Notes under the pieces: generated by a model | The model's database searches: none | Told to the model about the DNA's origin: nothing | The model's input: only the letters and a program-made list of their open reading frames with translations | Part shown: positions 39,414-54,400 of the stretch, piece by piece | Layout of the letters: every line of letters begins with the position of its first letter | Numbering within the stretch: the stretch's first letter is position 1 | Made by a program: the position numbers and the translations under genes | Source of the DNA: Owenia fusiformis | Taxonomy: Eukaryota | Direction: 5' to 3' | Length of the DNA stretch: 64,000 nt | Assembly: GCA_903813345.2 (NCBI GenBank) | Contig: CAIIXF020000001.1 | Coordinates: 13,826,001 to 13,890,000 of the forward strand

Positions 39414-42400
39414 ATGTTTAAGATAGAGTCATACATTACTCCCCTGTTGATGGGCTATGTGGATAGGTAAGGACATTTGGATTTAGAGCATGCATGTTCC
39501 TGGTCACACCCTTGCAAACTTGAAACCTGTAAAAGTGGAACACTGAAATTTTCAGAGTCCCGAGATCAAATGTTAAATGAACCTCTATAACTGGAACTCC
39601 TCCCAAGTGGAACACTTTTCAGAGTCCCGAGACCAAATGTTTAAAATGAACCTCTATAAGTGGAACTCCTCCCAAGTGGAACATTTTTAGAGGTACCAGA
39701 GGTGTTCCACTTACTAGACAGATTTTACTGTATGTGAGCTGAAATTGTTCCACCCTCATTCCAATAATTGAAGTCTTTACATTGATCACAGTTTTTATGT
39801 GGTACAAGGTACATAGACATACTGTACTGTGTTTATAAATGTCAGAGATGTGGATGTTTTCTGTGTATCATTCAGTTTAAACCTCCTGGACAAGAGTTTT
39901 TAGATGAACATAGTGAAGTTATTTTATTTGTCAGGTTTATAAAAATATGTATGCTCTATTGCAAAAATTAGATAAAATTTTGAATAATTTTGTAACTCCT
40001 TTTTAGGTATGTCAAACTGCGACATGAAGACTTCCAGTTATCTCTGTGGGGAGGAGATGCAGTGCTTAACCAATTAGATCTCCGTCTAGACGCCATTGAG
40101 CATGCCATCAATCTACCAATAACCATCAAGAGTGGTCATATCCATGAGCTAAGAATCCATGTGCCATGGACAAAGCTTGGTTCAGAGCCAGTTGTGATAA
40201 CAATCAATACCATTGAGTGTATATTGAAGCTGCGAGACTCAGCTTACAATGATAGGGACAGTTCCAGTAGCAAATCATCAAAGACTATACCGAAAAGTTC
40301 TTCTACGCAATCTTTGAAGAAATCACGCAGTAGATCAGATGAGAATCTCCCTCCTGGGTACATTCAGAGTATTACAAATCGTATCGTCAACAATGTCAAT
40401 ATTGTCATCAACAATCTTATTCTGAAGTTTGTAGAGGATGATATCGTGTTATCTCTGAATGTGAAATCTGCGGAATGTTATGCAGTGAACTCTGATTGGG
40501 CCAGATCATTTATAGACCTAACCCCTGAAGATCTTGTTTTACGCAGAATGTTCAACTTCCATGATCTCACGGTTTGTTTAGATAAACGAAATGCTAGTGG
40601 GAAAATTGAGACGTATCAGGATCCCTTATTATATAGGTGCTCTTTGTCGTGTAGAATTCATATGATGTTCGACTCTCTCAATGCAAAGATTCCAAGTGCA
40701 ATTAAATTCAATGTACTTTGTGAAAAACTAGACCTTTCCATGACTGATACTCAACTACCAATGTTCTGCCGTCTGCTGGAACTTGTTATTGCATTGTATT
40801 ATGGGACATTAGAACTTCCTGGATTGGATTCTCAAACTGAGGCTGATACAACCATGACAACAGAAACTGATGTAGATACTGGACAACCTGTAGGTATGTA
40901 CGTGTAAATAAGGAATGGTTAAAGAATTAGAAAAAAATCCGTCTTTCTAAATAAGACCTTCAATTTGTTATTTTGTCTTTCAGAAGCTGACACTCCCGAA
41001 GGTGAAGAGGGTGAGGGATGGGGATCTTGGGCATGGTCTTATGTGCCTGCTATCCTACCCCCGGGAGAGGAAGAACAAGATGACCAATCTGTGAGAAAGA
41101 AACCTCAACCTTTGATTCTGGAAATAGGTGGCTATATCACCAAAGCTGAAGTGGTTTTCAAGGTGAGCAGGTGTTCAATAATGTCATTTGTGTATAGAAA
41201 TTACTTCAAATAATGTCATGCATTTTCTAATAATAAATTGTTATATTTTTCAGCTATCTGAGATAGTCCAAGAGACAACATACTTTGGTCCACAAAAGAC
41301 AATATTTCGTCCATTTGCTTGTATGGAGGGGGAAGCCATAACAGTAGAGATACTGCTAAAGGGGCTAGAGTTCTTCAATGCACATTTTGGCATCACTGGT
41401 TTGAGGATTTTCAGTCAAGGAGAATGTGTTTGTGGCGTGCAGGATGGAGAAAATGTCCCTGTAAGTATGCAATAGGGAAGCCATCCGTCTGTCCATTCGT
41501 CCATCCATATGTCTGTCCTGATGTTTAACTAAATATCGGTTGATGGATTTAGTTCCAGTTTGCTATTTTTGCTTGAAAAAGAATTAACAATTATGGGTGT
41601 TCATTTCAAAATGGCTGCCATTGTTTTGTAAAAACATCATCTGATGACTCAAATACCAGCTGTCGGATTTGGTTCCGAAGGCTGATACCTTAGGACATAG
41701 AAGATTTGACAAAGAAAGATGGTTGCACACATTTTATTATGTTATTGTTTTGCACATGAACTTTACTAGATTAGTATTATTTAAAATGATTTTGTTTCTC
41801 TTTCAAGGATCCATACTTCTTCAATGGAGGAGTGAAGTTTGAAGAAACAAAACCAGTGAATTATCTTTCAAACTCACTCTTTGATCCAAATGGGGCAGAA
41901 AACCAGATGACAAAACATGACTATATCTTTGATACCGAGAAACATTTAGAGAAGTACACTGAACACTTTGCGCTACAAAGATTTGGTGCCTTTTGGTTAG
42001 ATTACCTGTATACCATGGAACAAGTGGAAGACAGATCAAGTAAGAATTCATTTTGCATTTTCTAGTTTGTTAATTGAAAAAGATGGCGTTCTTGTACGAG
42101 AAATGACACTATATTCATCATTATTATATAGACAGCAGAATGCTCAAAGTAACGATGAGTTAAAATATACATACAGTATAACAGTCTAATATTGTGGTCT
42201 AATACTTCTTTCTCCATTCACATTTGTACTTTTCAGTGAGTAGCAGATCATCGACTACTAGCGTGGATGACCCAAATGTCAAAGAGGCATCACAGAACAA
42301 GTTCTTAATAGGCCCCGCCCACTTGAAAGTTACAAGCAGCATGATGCATCGCTTGAAAACTTTCCTTTATTTCGCCAACAATCATGAGTATGAACCATAC

Positions 42401-45400
42401 AGCAAAGTCAAGGAAGGTACACCACCCATTTACTGCTTTCATAAATTACCTCATTTGTGTGCTTTCAATAAAAGTGAGGTTGATAATACAATAGAGGCAT
42501 TAAATTGGCATTACATTTTTGTTGTTGATGATTATAGGGATGGAAGGGAAACATTTGGTACTAAATTCCTACTATAATTTTTGCCAAATTACCATTAAAT
42601 TGATTCGAATGGATGCGAGGATTCGATGGACTGAGATTTGAGAAATTATAATTTGAACGTTGTCAATTTAACATGTATCTCAATTATTTAGTGTCAAAAA
42701 TCAATGACATCCCCATCATTAAAAACACTGACGTTAATTTATCTGTTTGTGTATATAAATCTCAAATAATTGCACATTTCCAGAAATTGTTGATGAATCT
42801 CGGCAACCACCTTCTATAGAGGAAGTGAAATCACTGGAAGAGTTTATTCCTACGAGGACGTTACATGTAACTTTTCTCAACTCTACCATCAGCTATGTGG
42901 CAGCTGACCATAAACAGTGTAATGTGAATGTTGCTAGAACCACCACACCTAGAAAGTCAAGAAAGGTAATTAATTCAAACCTCACAATGTACCAGGTACA
43001 GTGTTATATTTAAGATTTTGACATATTTTTCAAAGAACTCAATTGTATATTGAATCTCCGAACGTTGAGCATCACATTGTGGAATAATCCTCTGATGTTT
43101 AAAATATGAAAAAACAATTATTTTACAGCGACATAAACAATAAAATAATTGATCTCATTTAGGTGTGAAGTTTTGAACGTAGAAGAAGTAGCTGACCAGT
43201 TCAGTTACTGCCATACAAACACTTAATGGTTTCAGTAACAGTGTCTTATACAAATGTGCCATAAACATACTGTTTCTTGCAGTACACACTATTTATTTTG
43301 AGGATCTGTACTATGTTGACTTAAACTGTAACTGTTTGAATTATTTCTTATTCCATATTATTACAGGGTAAAAAGGTTCGTATCGAGGAACCAGCCAAGC
43401 CTGCCTTACATGTCCTACCTGCCCTAGTGCTTCAAGCAGAGAGGCTAGACCTCCAGACCACCTCGGCTATGTATGCACGTAAATTGGTACGCATGGTCAG
43501 TAAGATCAGCACACCATCTGGAAACCTGCTGCATCATTGTCACAAGCACATATATCTGAAGGTAAATGTTATGGGATTAAAGTTACAGTCAGAGGATACT
43601 CATACAGACTGACCCAGGCCTTAAGGCTGAACCCATCCCAAAATTCTTTCAAAAGCAATGTGATTTTTCAGTTTTTCATCATTCGGAGCAATTTTCAAAT
43701 GATTTTGACGTTGGCAAATGCAAACTCCCCCTGGAAATTTTTGAAAAGTAAACCCATTTTGGCAAAAGTTGACTTATAATAGGATTTGGTTTTTGGAATT
43801 AAAGAATCAATAATGAGGGTCATATTGGTGAGTGTTTAATATTGTGACACTTCATTGCAGGTATTTGGGCTACAAGTAGGACTGGCCTGTATGGATACTG
43901 GTGGTCAGATGTCTCCAGCTCTAAACCTGCTGCAGCCATGCAGCTTTGCTATCTATTGGAAAACATTGGTTCTTCCAATGTACTGGTGAGAAGAATATTT
44001 ATCATTATTTGATCAATTTACATGAAATGTGGGCATTCATTATAATTACATCGTTACATACATAAGATGTACAAAATTGCTTAAAAACTGTAAAAAAGGA
44101 AGACCTTGTGTCATTACTTGAACAATCCAACTTTGTGGTCTTCTATTTTATTGACCTAGTTTTGAAATATGACTTCATTTGCAATCTGATCTGTTATTGC
44201 AACTTGACCTTTTAGATTTATTTCACAATTCCTCATACTCCTTTCGTACTCCTCACAAGTCCTCAAATCTTTCAGAAATAAATGTCAAAAACAAATTTTT
44301 GATTAAATGTCTAATCTAATCTCATCCAGGAAAAATCCCCACCAAACCAAATCAGAAGTGATGTATGAGGTCTTGAAGCTGCAGGTGAACATGACTCGAG
44401 CCCAGGCCATGTTGGCACATTACATCATTCATACATGGTCTCTACCCAACCCATACCCACAAAAACTTCTCCAGTCATCCCTTCTAGAAGATGTCTTCCA
44501 GCCTTCAGGTATGAAATACTTTTTTTAAATATCGTTAGCACTTGGTCATTTCATTTATTTGTATCGAAGCAAAATAAAAATTGCATATACTTCTAGTACT
44601 CGTATTTTACATTTATAGTATATGACAAGTCATTACATGTTCAGCCATTATCTTTTGCAGCTAAGAATTTCCCTAATGGTCAGCCTATTCTGGAGGCTCA
44701 GATTCTGGGCATAGATATTAAACAAGCCAAGACAAAGGTGGTCAGATCTTACAATGGCACAGTGGCCTCCATTTATGTGGCACTCAGGTCACTTGGTGAG
44801 TAGCATTTAATGAAATCTAGATCAATATATGATTTTGTTGTGTATTACAATTGTGTGTCAGTACAGTGTCTCAAAATGCCCTCTAGAGTCCAGTGTTAAC
44901 ATTAAAGAGCGGGCTGTTTTTGCTCCTTAATGACAACACTGCTAGAGTCCAAATTGATGAGGGTGAGAGCTGACTAGGGATGAAATTGACTAGAGTTTGA
45001 GTTGACCCGGGGCTGAGTTGACCAGGGACAGAGTTGACTTGAGAGTTCACCAATTACTGTTAGATTAATGTTGATCTCTGAATCTGACAGATAGTCTAAG
45101 AGTAGTAAATGAGGCTAATCAAATTAAATCAAACAGAACTCCTTGTAAACTTTCCCCATCAAAATAGGAACTCATTAACAAGAGAAAGATATTTCAAGTT
45201 GAGAAACTACTATAAATATTATAGGTTGTATTCATTTTCCAGAATCCAAATCGGAAACAGTTACTCCAATATTCATGGGACCAGTGAAGACAACTGGTGT
45301 GAGCTCCAAGGACTATTCAATATCGACAGAAGTGAGGCCAGATGTAACCCAACGGCAAAATGAACTTTTGAACTTTACTGCACAAATTACAAGAGAGAAC

Positions 45401-48400
45401 ACACTTGAAGGTAATAATGCCATGATACTGATTTGCTGCGCAAAATATCTGTCATTGAAGTCATATAAATCAACATTATTTTTTGGACAAGATAATTATT
45501 AAGATACAGTAAGTAAGTAAGTAAGTAAGGTATTTATTAGAGTCTCACGCTGTACAATTTAAAATACATGTTGATACAATTGATTAAAACAACAGCTCAG
45601 CCGGCTCCGGCTTATGAGAGACTTAAAGATCGAATAGTTCTATGAGTATAAAATGTCTAAAAATGTAAATCTAATATTGCACCTTGTATTATATTACACT
45701 TCATAGCATCTTCGTGTTATCATGATTTTATTTATTGTTTTCGCTATTAGTCTTTGTACTGATATAGTGTTCATCATTGTGCAATATTTGCCCATGCTCG
45801 ATAAGTTGTTAAAGTCCGGTATTTGAAGAGCACATGCTTCTATAAGGGTTTGTCTATTGTCATCGTGTAGGGGGCAATCAATTAGGATATGGATTTCGTC
45901 TTCAACACTTTGGTTGCATAAGCATACTCTGTCGTGTAATTCGACACCTGTGAATCGCCCGGTTTCAATTCTTATAGGGAGGGTTCCTGATCGAATTCGT
46001 GCCAAGTAACTACGTTCATATTTATGCATAGGTAATTGAACGTACGGCTCAGGGGTTGTCGCATGCGGTTTATGTAGTCTATATGTTCTTAGTTTATTGC
46101 CATGTTCTTGGTTTCTGCGATCGTTCCACAATGAATGATGCCAAATTTCATGTTCAGTAGAGCTCAAACGATGTCCTAGTTGTTTCAAATGTTGTTTCAC
46201 ATTAGAAATTTTATCCTGCGTTATTAGCATTTCAGCTCCATTGTCTGATAGCAGAGTTTTTACTTTTGATTCCCAGGAACCGCGTAGGCTAAGTGACCAA
46301 ACATGTATTTTCTTAAGTGTTCGCTGAGGGGACATGTTTTTAATGCGGCACCACATCCGTGCTGATTCGATATTGTGTCGTGTATCAATGCTTGTCCAGC
46401 ACATGTCTCCTTGTACTGCCAGTTTGGGGGCATGTTGGCCCACACCAAGAAAGAATCGTTGTGCCTTGTTTTGTACAACGGTCGCAGGCGCAGTTGTCGC
46501 TTTATTAATGCCCCAAATTCCAGAGCCATACGTCAGCACCGGTGCTACGAGTGAGTCATAGACATGAGTAAATACGTCGTACGATAATCCTCCTGTTGCT
46601 CTTGACTTGGCCATTATTGCACCAAGTGCCCGTGAACCGGACTTGGCCAGCACTGTGGCGGTTGCCACCATATCCATGTGCTCGTTGAGTGTAATTCCCA
46701 GGTATTTGTAAGTCGATGTATAGTCCAAATCGATATCACCACAGTGAAATTGGAAACGTGAGCGTTATGTTGTACGTGGGCGATGGTGAATCACGTTGGT
46801 CTTAAGACCGTTAACAGTCATACGCCATTTACTGCACCAAAGATTCATAGTGTCCAGCATACGTTGCAGGTTGTTTTCATTTTCAGCGATTAGCACAATA
46901 TCGTCGGCGTATAATAATATCCCAACGCGCGTGGCACCTACTGGTACGCCACATGACATTGCGTCAATTTCATCGGCCAGGTCGTTTACGTAGACGGCGA
47001 ACAGCGTCGTGGAAATCTTGCAGCCTTGTTTCAAACCAGAGTTGACGTTAAACCATGACGTTAGAGTTCCGTTTATGCGTACAGCGTATTTCACTCCAAC
47101 ATAAAGTGATTGGATTGCATTTAAAATACGTCCTTTTACTCCAGCCAGAGTTAACTTGTAGTACATACACTGTCGATTTATGGTATCAAATTCACGTTTT
47201 GCGTCAACGTACGCGACGTACGTCGACTGCTTAGCACACTTACGGTTATTAATAATTGACGTTAAAGAGTATATATGATCCATGCAGCTTCGGTCGCCTC
47301 TAAATCCGTTCTGGTGATCACTTAGTTTTCGGTTAATCTCAAGCCATTGGATGAGTCTTGAATTGAGCACAGTGCAGTATATTTTGCATGGGATAGACAT
47401 AAGACAAATGCCACGATAATTCATTGGTACTTTACGATCCCCAGATTTAAAAATGGGGTGGATAATTCCTTGATTCCATATCGAGGGTACCTTTCCAAGG
47501 GCAAAACATACAGACGTTATTTTATGGAGGATGCCAATACATTGTGGGTTTTTGAGTGTTTCAGCTGAGATGTCGTCAACGCCAGAAGCTTTACGTAATT
47601 TGGCTGCATACACTGCTTTAGCGACTTCATCAATTGTTATGTCTTGGTTTAGCTGGGGATTCACGTTATCATCTTCCGATGTGTCAGTATTTGCCATTTG
47701 TTCGTTTATACTGTCCAAGTGCTGCTGGTCGAATGAAGGATTTTGTACAGTGATTATATTATTTGTGATATTAATATTACATATTGGTAATATTTTACAT
47801 TTTATTGATATTACTGTTTGTTTGTTTGTTTGTTTGTTTGTTTCATTTGTTTGTTTTCTATTAATCAAACCTGGGACTTACTAAAGCTAAAGTCTGATAT
47901 GACAAAATTGTACAATGTGTTTCCTTGTTTTCAGTGCCAGCAGTGTTCCTGGTTAACGTACAGGGAGTATGTGCCTCATTGGACCCGTTGCTATATACTT
48001 GGTTGGCCTACATCCCCCACACATTATTGGTTACACCACCCCCAGAAAGGGCAAACATTTCAATAGATGCAGCACTTGCTAGAGCTGCAACTCCATTGAA
48101 AAATGGTACTTCTCAGGGTAGGAAGTTAGATCTTGTTCGTTTGAGGTCGGCCAAGTATTTGAATTCAAAATTAGTCTTGTTAGTAGTCGAAGGATTAGTA
48201 TAATTCTGCTGAGACAAAACTATGGTGGCCTATGTTTGGTATTGTTTGGTATTGGTGTAGAGAATTTATTGTCATGGTAACACTTTTGGGAAAACCATCA
48301 AAGACTTTGACTTTTATTGAAATTGATTCACTGGCAAGCACAATATTGTGTCTTGTCATAATACTTATACAATGTTTGTTCTAACATGTCATTTTAGAAC

Positions 48401-51400
48401 TTAGCATTCAATCACAAAATCGTATTAAACTAGGCAAGTCTACAACTTGTGTTATATGCTTACATATAAATTTTAGAATCAGTGAAGTCCAGTAGCAATC
48501 TTACAAGTAAGACCCCCAGCCAGACTCCCACCCAGACTGCCACCAAGTCTGTCCCCAAGACCACCAGTCAACCTACTGCAGAGAAGACTGAAGGGGTGAC
48601 AAACAGGCCTATATCTAGACTACTAGCAGACTGGTTCCCCACCCTTAGAATGCTAGAAGTACAGGTAATATACAGTGAAACCATATACCAAATTACAATA
48701 TATTTGCACAAATGTCAGATGTGTAGAGAGCAATAAAACTAAAAAAAATTTTTTAAATATAAAGAATCCTAAACAATTATCTAACATATAAGGAAAATTG
48801 ATTTACACCTATCTCATTGAGTTGCATATTGCCATTTCCCTATATGATAACAATAAGGGTTTGAGTCCTTGCAGATAAAGATGGAGTGACACACAAGGAG
48901 TGATGTAATGTCACTACCACAAGTGGTGATATATTGTTGTAAGTCTCCAACCTTTTGTGGATAGTGTTCAGTGGTGGGCATTCGGCAGTGGGCATCTGTA
49001 AGAAATGGCAGGTGGTGACATTTTGGTTAATGCCTTGGATATCAATTGCATTTTTATAACTCAGAAACTGCCCAACTTTAATACATATATGACTAAAGAT
49101 TGATGTCATTTCAGATTGAGATCCAGCCATGTTGCATCATAGCCCCCACCCAGCACATACGTCTGCCAGGGGTGGCGCCATCTATTCCTATCGACATGCA
49201 GGCTGTGTTCAAGACTGGGGAGATGCTCAACACACTTGTGGTGGCTCTACCATATATTACAGTGGTCAGTAATGGACATAAGGGTCTCGATGCTCTACAG
49301 GAGATCCCTATGAGGAATTTGGGGCATTCTATAGCTGGTAAATGAACTAACAATTATGTTATTATCAAAAAATGAAGATACAGTGAATAATTTAGAATTT
49401 TCCCTGAATGATGGAAATTCTCAAATTCTTTGAGTTTCAATAGCTGTTATTGACCAATATGTGCCAGATGTCTAGTGTCAAGGAAACAATGATGAAAACA
49501 TGTGTTACAATTTCACACATATGGTTCACATACTGTACATATCTTGAATAGAATATACATGTATGTGAGTGTCCCATATTTTGGGCCACCAATATTATGT
49601 ATACGATAATGATTTTTTTACCTAAAGGTGATAGACTTCCATGGACAATTAAACTACAGGATGCCAGCATCTACTCTCTTCACTCTCAAACTGTCAGTCA
49701 CTTTGTTGTCAAGCCTGTCTCTGTTACATCAACAGTGGCTGTTACAACAAAGTACCTTCCTCCCACTTCAGAGAATCTTGCTGCTCTTGGATTATGTGTG
49801 CATTCCCACATGGAGGGTGTGTATGGAGGTGTAGGGAAATTGCAGGTAATTTTTAAAACTATATTCTAATTGTTGCAATATCTATGTTTTTCTTAAGTTA
49901 TTTGTTTTTTGTTCTTTTTTCTTTAACACGCCAAGTGCTCTTTTAATTTACAGATTGAGACAGTAGCAGACTTAGTGACACAGTTCACAAGCACAGCATT
50001 CGCATTCCAAAAGTCTCTCTCGGCCATCTATAAACTGACAGCGTCATCAAAACCTGATACAGCTTCATCAGAGCCAGAGGCTCCATCTATTCAATATCCA
50101 CAGATAAGTGCTAACTCGTCCAGCCAAGTTGAGCATATTGATGTTGTCATCACAGATACCTCGCTCACTGAAACATCTCGTGCCGGTTCGCCGACTAAAG
50201 ATATAGATGGTGCTGTAGATGATGCTGGGAAAATCAAACTGTCGCTATGGTTACAATGGACACTACCAAAGCTGAAATGGAAGATTTATAGTCTTGATAA
50301 TAGTAAAAGAGGTACTGAAGATTATTCATGTTCCTATCCTTGTTTATATATGCATGTAATTTCTTGATTTTTCCTACAATTTTTTATGTAATGTTCAGTC
50401 AGTCAGGATCCTCTTTCATCCAACCAATATACTCATTTATTTAGCCACATTTTATAATGATCTTGGTTGTCTTTCTCAGGCTAAACTGTGTGTTTTTCTC
50501 TTGGACACCAGGTAGCAAAAACGAAGGAAAGCAACTGGACATATGATACTTTTGCAGGTGATGTGATTTCAAATTCATGTTCTTGTTTCAGAGATGCATA
50601 TAGCTGTGTGTTTAGAAGATGTTACACTCTCCCTTGATGCCCAGTATATTTACACAAAGTGTCACTCAAAGTTTGGCACAATCAACATATCACACTTTGT
50701 CAAAAGGTATATGAATATCTTACATTTCTTGGAAGTCTGAGTAGAAAATAATCTTGGAAAATAATCTTCAGATTCATTCTTTCAGAAGAGCATATGCAAA
50801 TGATGTTTTTTAATAAAGTATACATGAAAAATTCTGAGTTGTAGTTTGCATAAAACAAGCGATAAAAATTGGATTTGTTTTAAAACTTTTCCACCATTTT
50901 GGCTTTGTACCATATCCCGTATTTATCTAAAGGACGTCATACCAGGAGGATGATAGCATAAGTATCCATAAGCAGAATAAATGGTCGTTGGTTCAAAAAT
51001 TTCAATTTGTATAATGTAAACCTATTATACGAGAAAATACCTGTAATTGTATTTTATTTCATATCTGTTCATGCTTTACCTTGAGTTCTAATATTTCAGT
51101 GGAGATACTTGGTGTTGTGGCCAGTATGAAGGCACCATTCTGTCATGTGATGGTAAACTATCCAGGGATGTAGAGATAGTCACTAATAAACTTTGGTCAA
51201 GCAGCCACCAGCCAATGCCAAATATCTTCATGGCTGATTCTAAACCAAGAGACAAGGCACATGGCTTTATGTCATGTACCTTCACTAGAGCGCTGCAGAG
51301 AGATGTCCATAAAAAGCAGAAGAAATTGAACCTCATCCCAGATGAAACTGATGAAGCCAGTGCTGAAGGGGAGAAGAAATATCTTATGGAACTTGTAGTG

Positions 51401-54400
51401 AACACCCAGCCATGTGATATTGTGCTCTACACACCAGCTGTTATCAATGCATTAAAGATCTTCAACATCAAGGCAAATTCGGGGAATTCCAGTCCAATTC
51501 CTAAAGACACCCACCACCAGGAATCTCAAACCAGATCTGATCTTCCCATTTTGACATCGTCCAACATTCCATTGTTTTTCTTGAACTCCTCAAATATCCG
51601 TGTATTCATACCCAAATGTGAACCTAATAGCAAAGAAAATGCAGATGAGCCAACTATGGAATCAGAAAGTGTCGATTCAGGGATTAAATCAATGAGTTCA
51701 ACGCGACCAATCGTCAAAGTGACAACAGAGCACGACATGTGTGTTATGCAGCTTAACACGGTGTCAGTGGTGCCCCAGGCTGATAACCCTCTCCCTAGGG
51801 TTATAGTGAACAAAGATGTTTACAGGAGAGCTCTCCATGCAGGGTTAACAATACAGAATGGATCCGATGTAGAAGACAGACAATACCAGCTAGATATCTC
51901 AGGGCTCAGTCTTTGTACTGGTAAGTTGAAGCAGTAGTATTGTATCAGCCCTGCTACATGCCTGTCGATACAAAACTGAGGCCTCACATTTCAAAATCAC
52001 TTGAAAATTGGGTGCCCCGATGAGCCACTTATTGTGTCTCCAACTTTTTTTGGTTGGCGATTTGTGTTTGGCAGTCGGCGATCAGCAACTGTAACAAATG
52101 ACAGGTTGTGGCATTTGCATGTTAATACCTTGCTTATGATAGATTTCCCTGTAATTTCTAATAAAATAATGTTAAAAATCTTAGATTAGAAGTTCCTGTT
52201 TCAACATCATCTTGGATTATTCAGAGAATCAGAGACTTAAGACATCCATGTACTCAATTGATAATGTGCTTCATTTCTCTTTCTATCGTAGGCTGTTGGT
52301 GTGATTTTGTGCTACTTAGCAACAAGACAACCAATGAGGTGTCTGGGATTGTAGTACAAAACCCAGCCTTGGAGTGGAATACAAGGATAGCTAGAGAGTA
52401 TGTATACTAAATGATTAAAATCACTTAATTTTAAGTATTTCCATTTTGTTTTAACTTTAAAGTTTAGAGGTATAGTGTATCATTATAACATAGATAAAAA
52501 CCCAAAAGTCATTAATGAGGTAGTTTAAGGTGATTTAGTATTAGTGTGGAATATCAGATCAAGACTCTGTGCCCCTCTTGCCTCTTATTTGGTAAGATAG
52601 AGAAGGGGGAGGGTACTGGGTCCCCGAGTACAAGAAATCCATTTTCTGACCTTTAATGAACATTTTTTAAACAAACTTTGGACGAGCATGATACAGAAAG
52701 GATGAGTCTGGGAATGAGTCTGGGTATCGACTTAGAAAATATTGAAAATTGTAATGTCTGAAAAGCCAACTCAATCACACATATTATTAAACTTCAATAT
52801 CTTATCCTTCTTCTGAGATTACAAAAATATCAATTTGTATCACAATTGATGAAGAATATTGGCATCGAAGACAGTGCATATCACTTTGTCAGAATTGAAA
52901 AAAAATCAATGCCAAATATGAAATGAATTATTTATGCAAAAAGTTTGAAACATATCTTCCAAAACATTGGTTACTTTCTTTAAATAGACATTGAATGGTA
53001 TTTCTGGATAAGTGAATTGGTGTTTATCTGGGTAATCAAGGGATTATAGTCACTCAAAGTTACTGAGCATCCAGTTTTGAGACTTCAATTGTGTTGGTGA
53101 TGTTACCCATATTGCAGTCAAATTCATGCTGAGCACAACATTTTGGTTTCAATTTTATAATCTCTATACATGACCCTGGTGATGAAGAGTCAGAATCAGT
53201 CAAAAAATCTAAACCGGAAAACTGTGCTCATTGTGAAAACTAAAAGTGAAGCAACTTTTTTTCTGATATTTCTTACAACAAATGGCAACCATTTTGTTTT
53301 TCCCCCTTCAAATTAAACTGGCGGGAAATTCAAAAATTTGAAAAAAATTTTAATCCTTAAATATATTTCAAAAATATGATTTTCTTTTTAATTCTTCATC
53401 GGTCTTAAGTTATTTCTTCTTTGTATGTCATACATGTTGCCATTGGTGTTTTTTTCTATGATAATGACTATTTTTTTGTTTGTTAAGATACTTATTCTGA
53501 CTCTCAGCAGGGGGTTAATTATGCATCAAAATTCGTGAAAAAGTAAATACACTTATTAAATATAACTAGGACAGTAATAAAAACCATATTTCAGATACAT
53601 TTGACCGAGGGACCAAAAGGGCATATACCCAGACACATCCTTTGCAAGTGCATCACACATACTCAGGCATTACAATTACAATGTCCTGTATAATCTTAGA
53701 ATTTGTCCAGAACATAGAAAATTGTCTGATTGTTAAAATTAAATTAAGAAGCAGTTACCATCTTATACATTAATATAATCAAGTATGACCCTCGACTTAT
53801 TCCTACTGTGCTCAAGTTATCATAACCTATTTCAGAGAGAGAGAAGCATGTCGTCTGATCCCAATAGCTGCAGCATTTGACCTCAGAGTGGTTGCAGCCC
53901 CACCTATAGTGTATCAACCACCAGTTGGGCCAGATAAACCCAAACAGCAAGTGAGTACCATTTGATCATAATCATGACAGTATCACATTGACACATACTA
54001 GTTTTCTGCATGAAAAAAATTGAATTCTGCAAAATATGGATGAATATCTGAAAAACAGGAAAATATGGCCACAGCCAAGAAAACAAGAAAACAAAACTGG
54101 ACATGAATATTCTAAGAGAATTCCTCTGATTGAAATTTTCTGAACTCGTGCCAATTGAACAACATGACAATGTGAACTAGATGAGGAAGATTGGTATGGA
54201 CAAACAGATCATCCTATCCTTGGTTCAGGATATTGGGATTATCCCAAGGGGGACCTACACCCTCAGGCAGATATATTATATTTGCCCTAGGATAATTCCA
54301 ATATCCTGAACCTCTTATAGGATAATCTTTATAAACAAAATGAGATCCATACATTTCTAACCAAATTTGTGAGCATTTTTGTTGTTTTATTCTTTCAGCC

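Noticed and set aside
45694-47868. Reverse transcriptase as part of a retron, DGR or domesticated gene
   Set aside because: Eukaryotic intronic context, 5' truncation, simple-repeat tail, TSD and a nonsense codon mark it as an ordinary LINE copy; the ORF's first ~40 codons are flanking (AAAC)n sequence.
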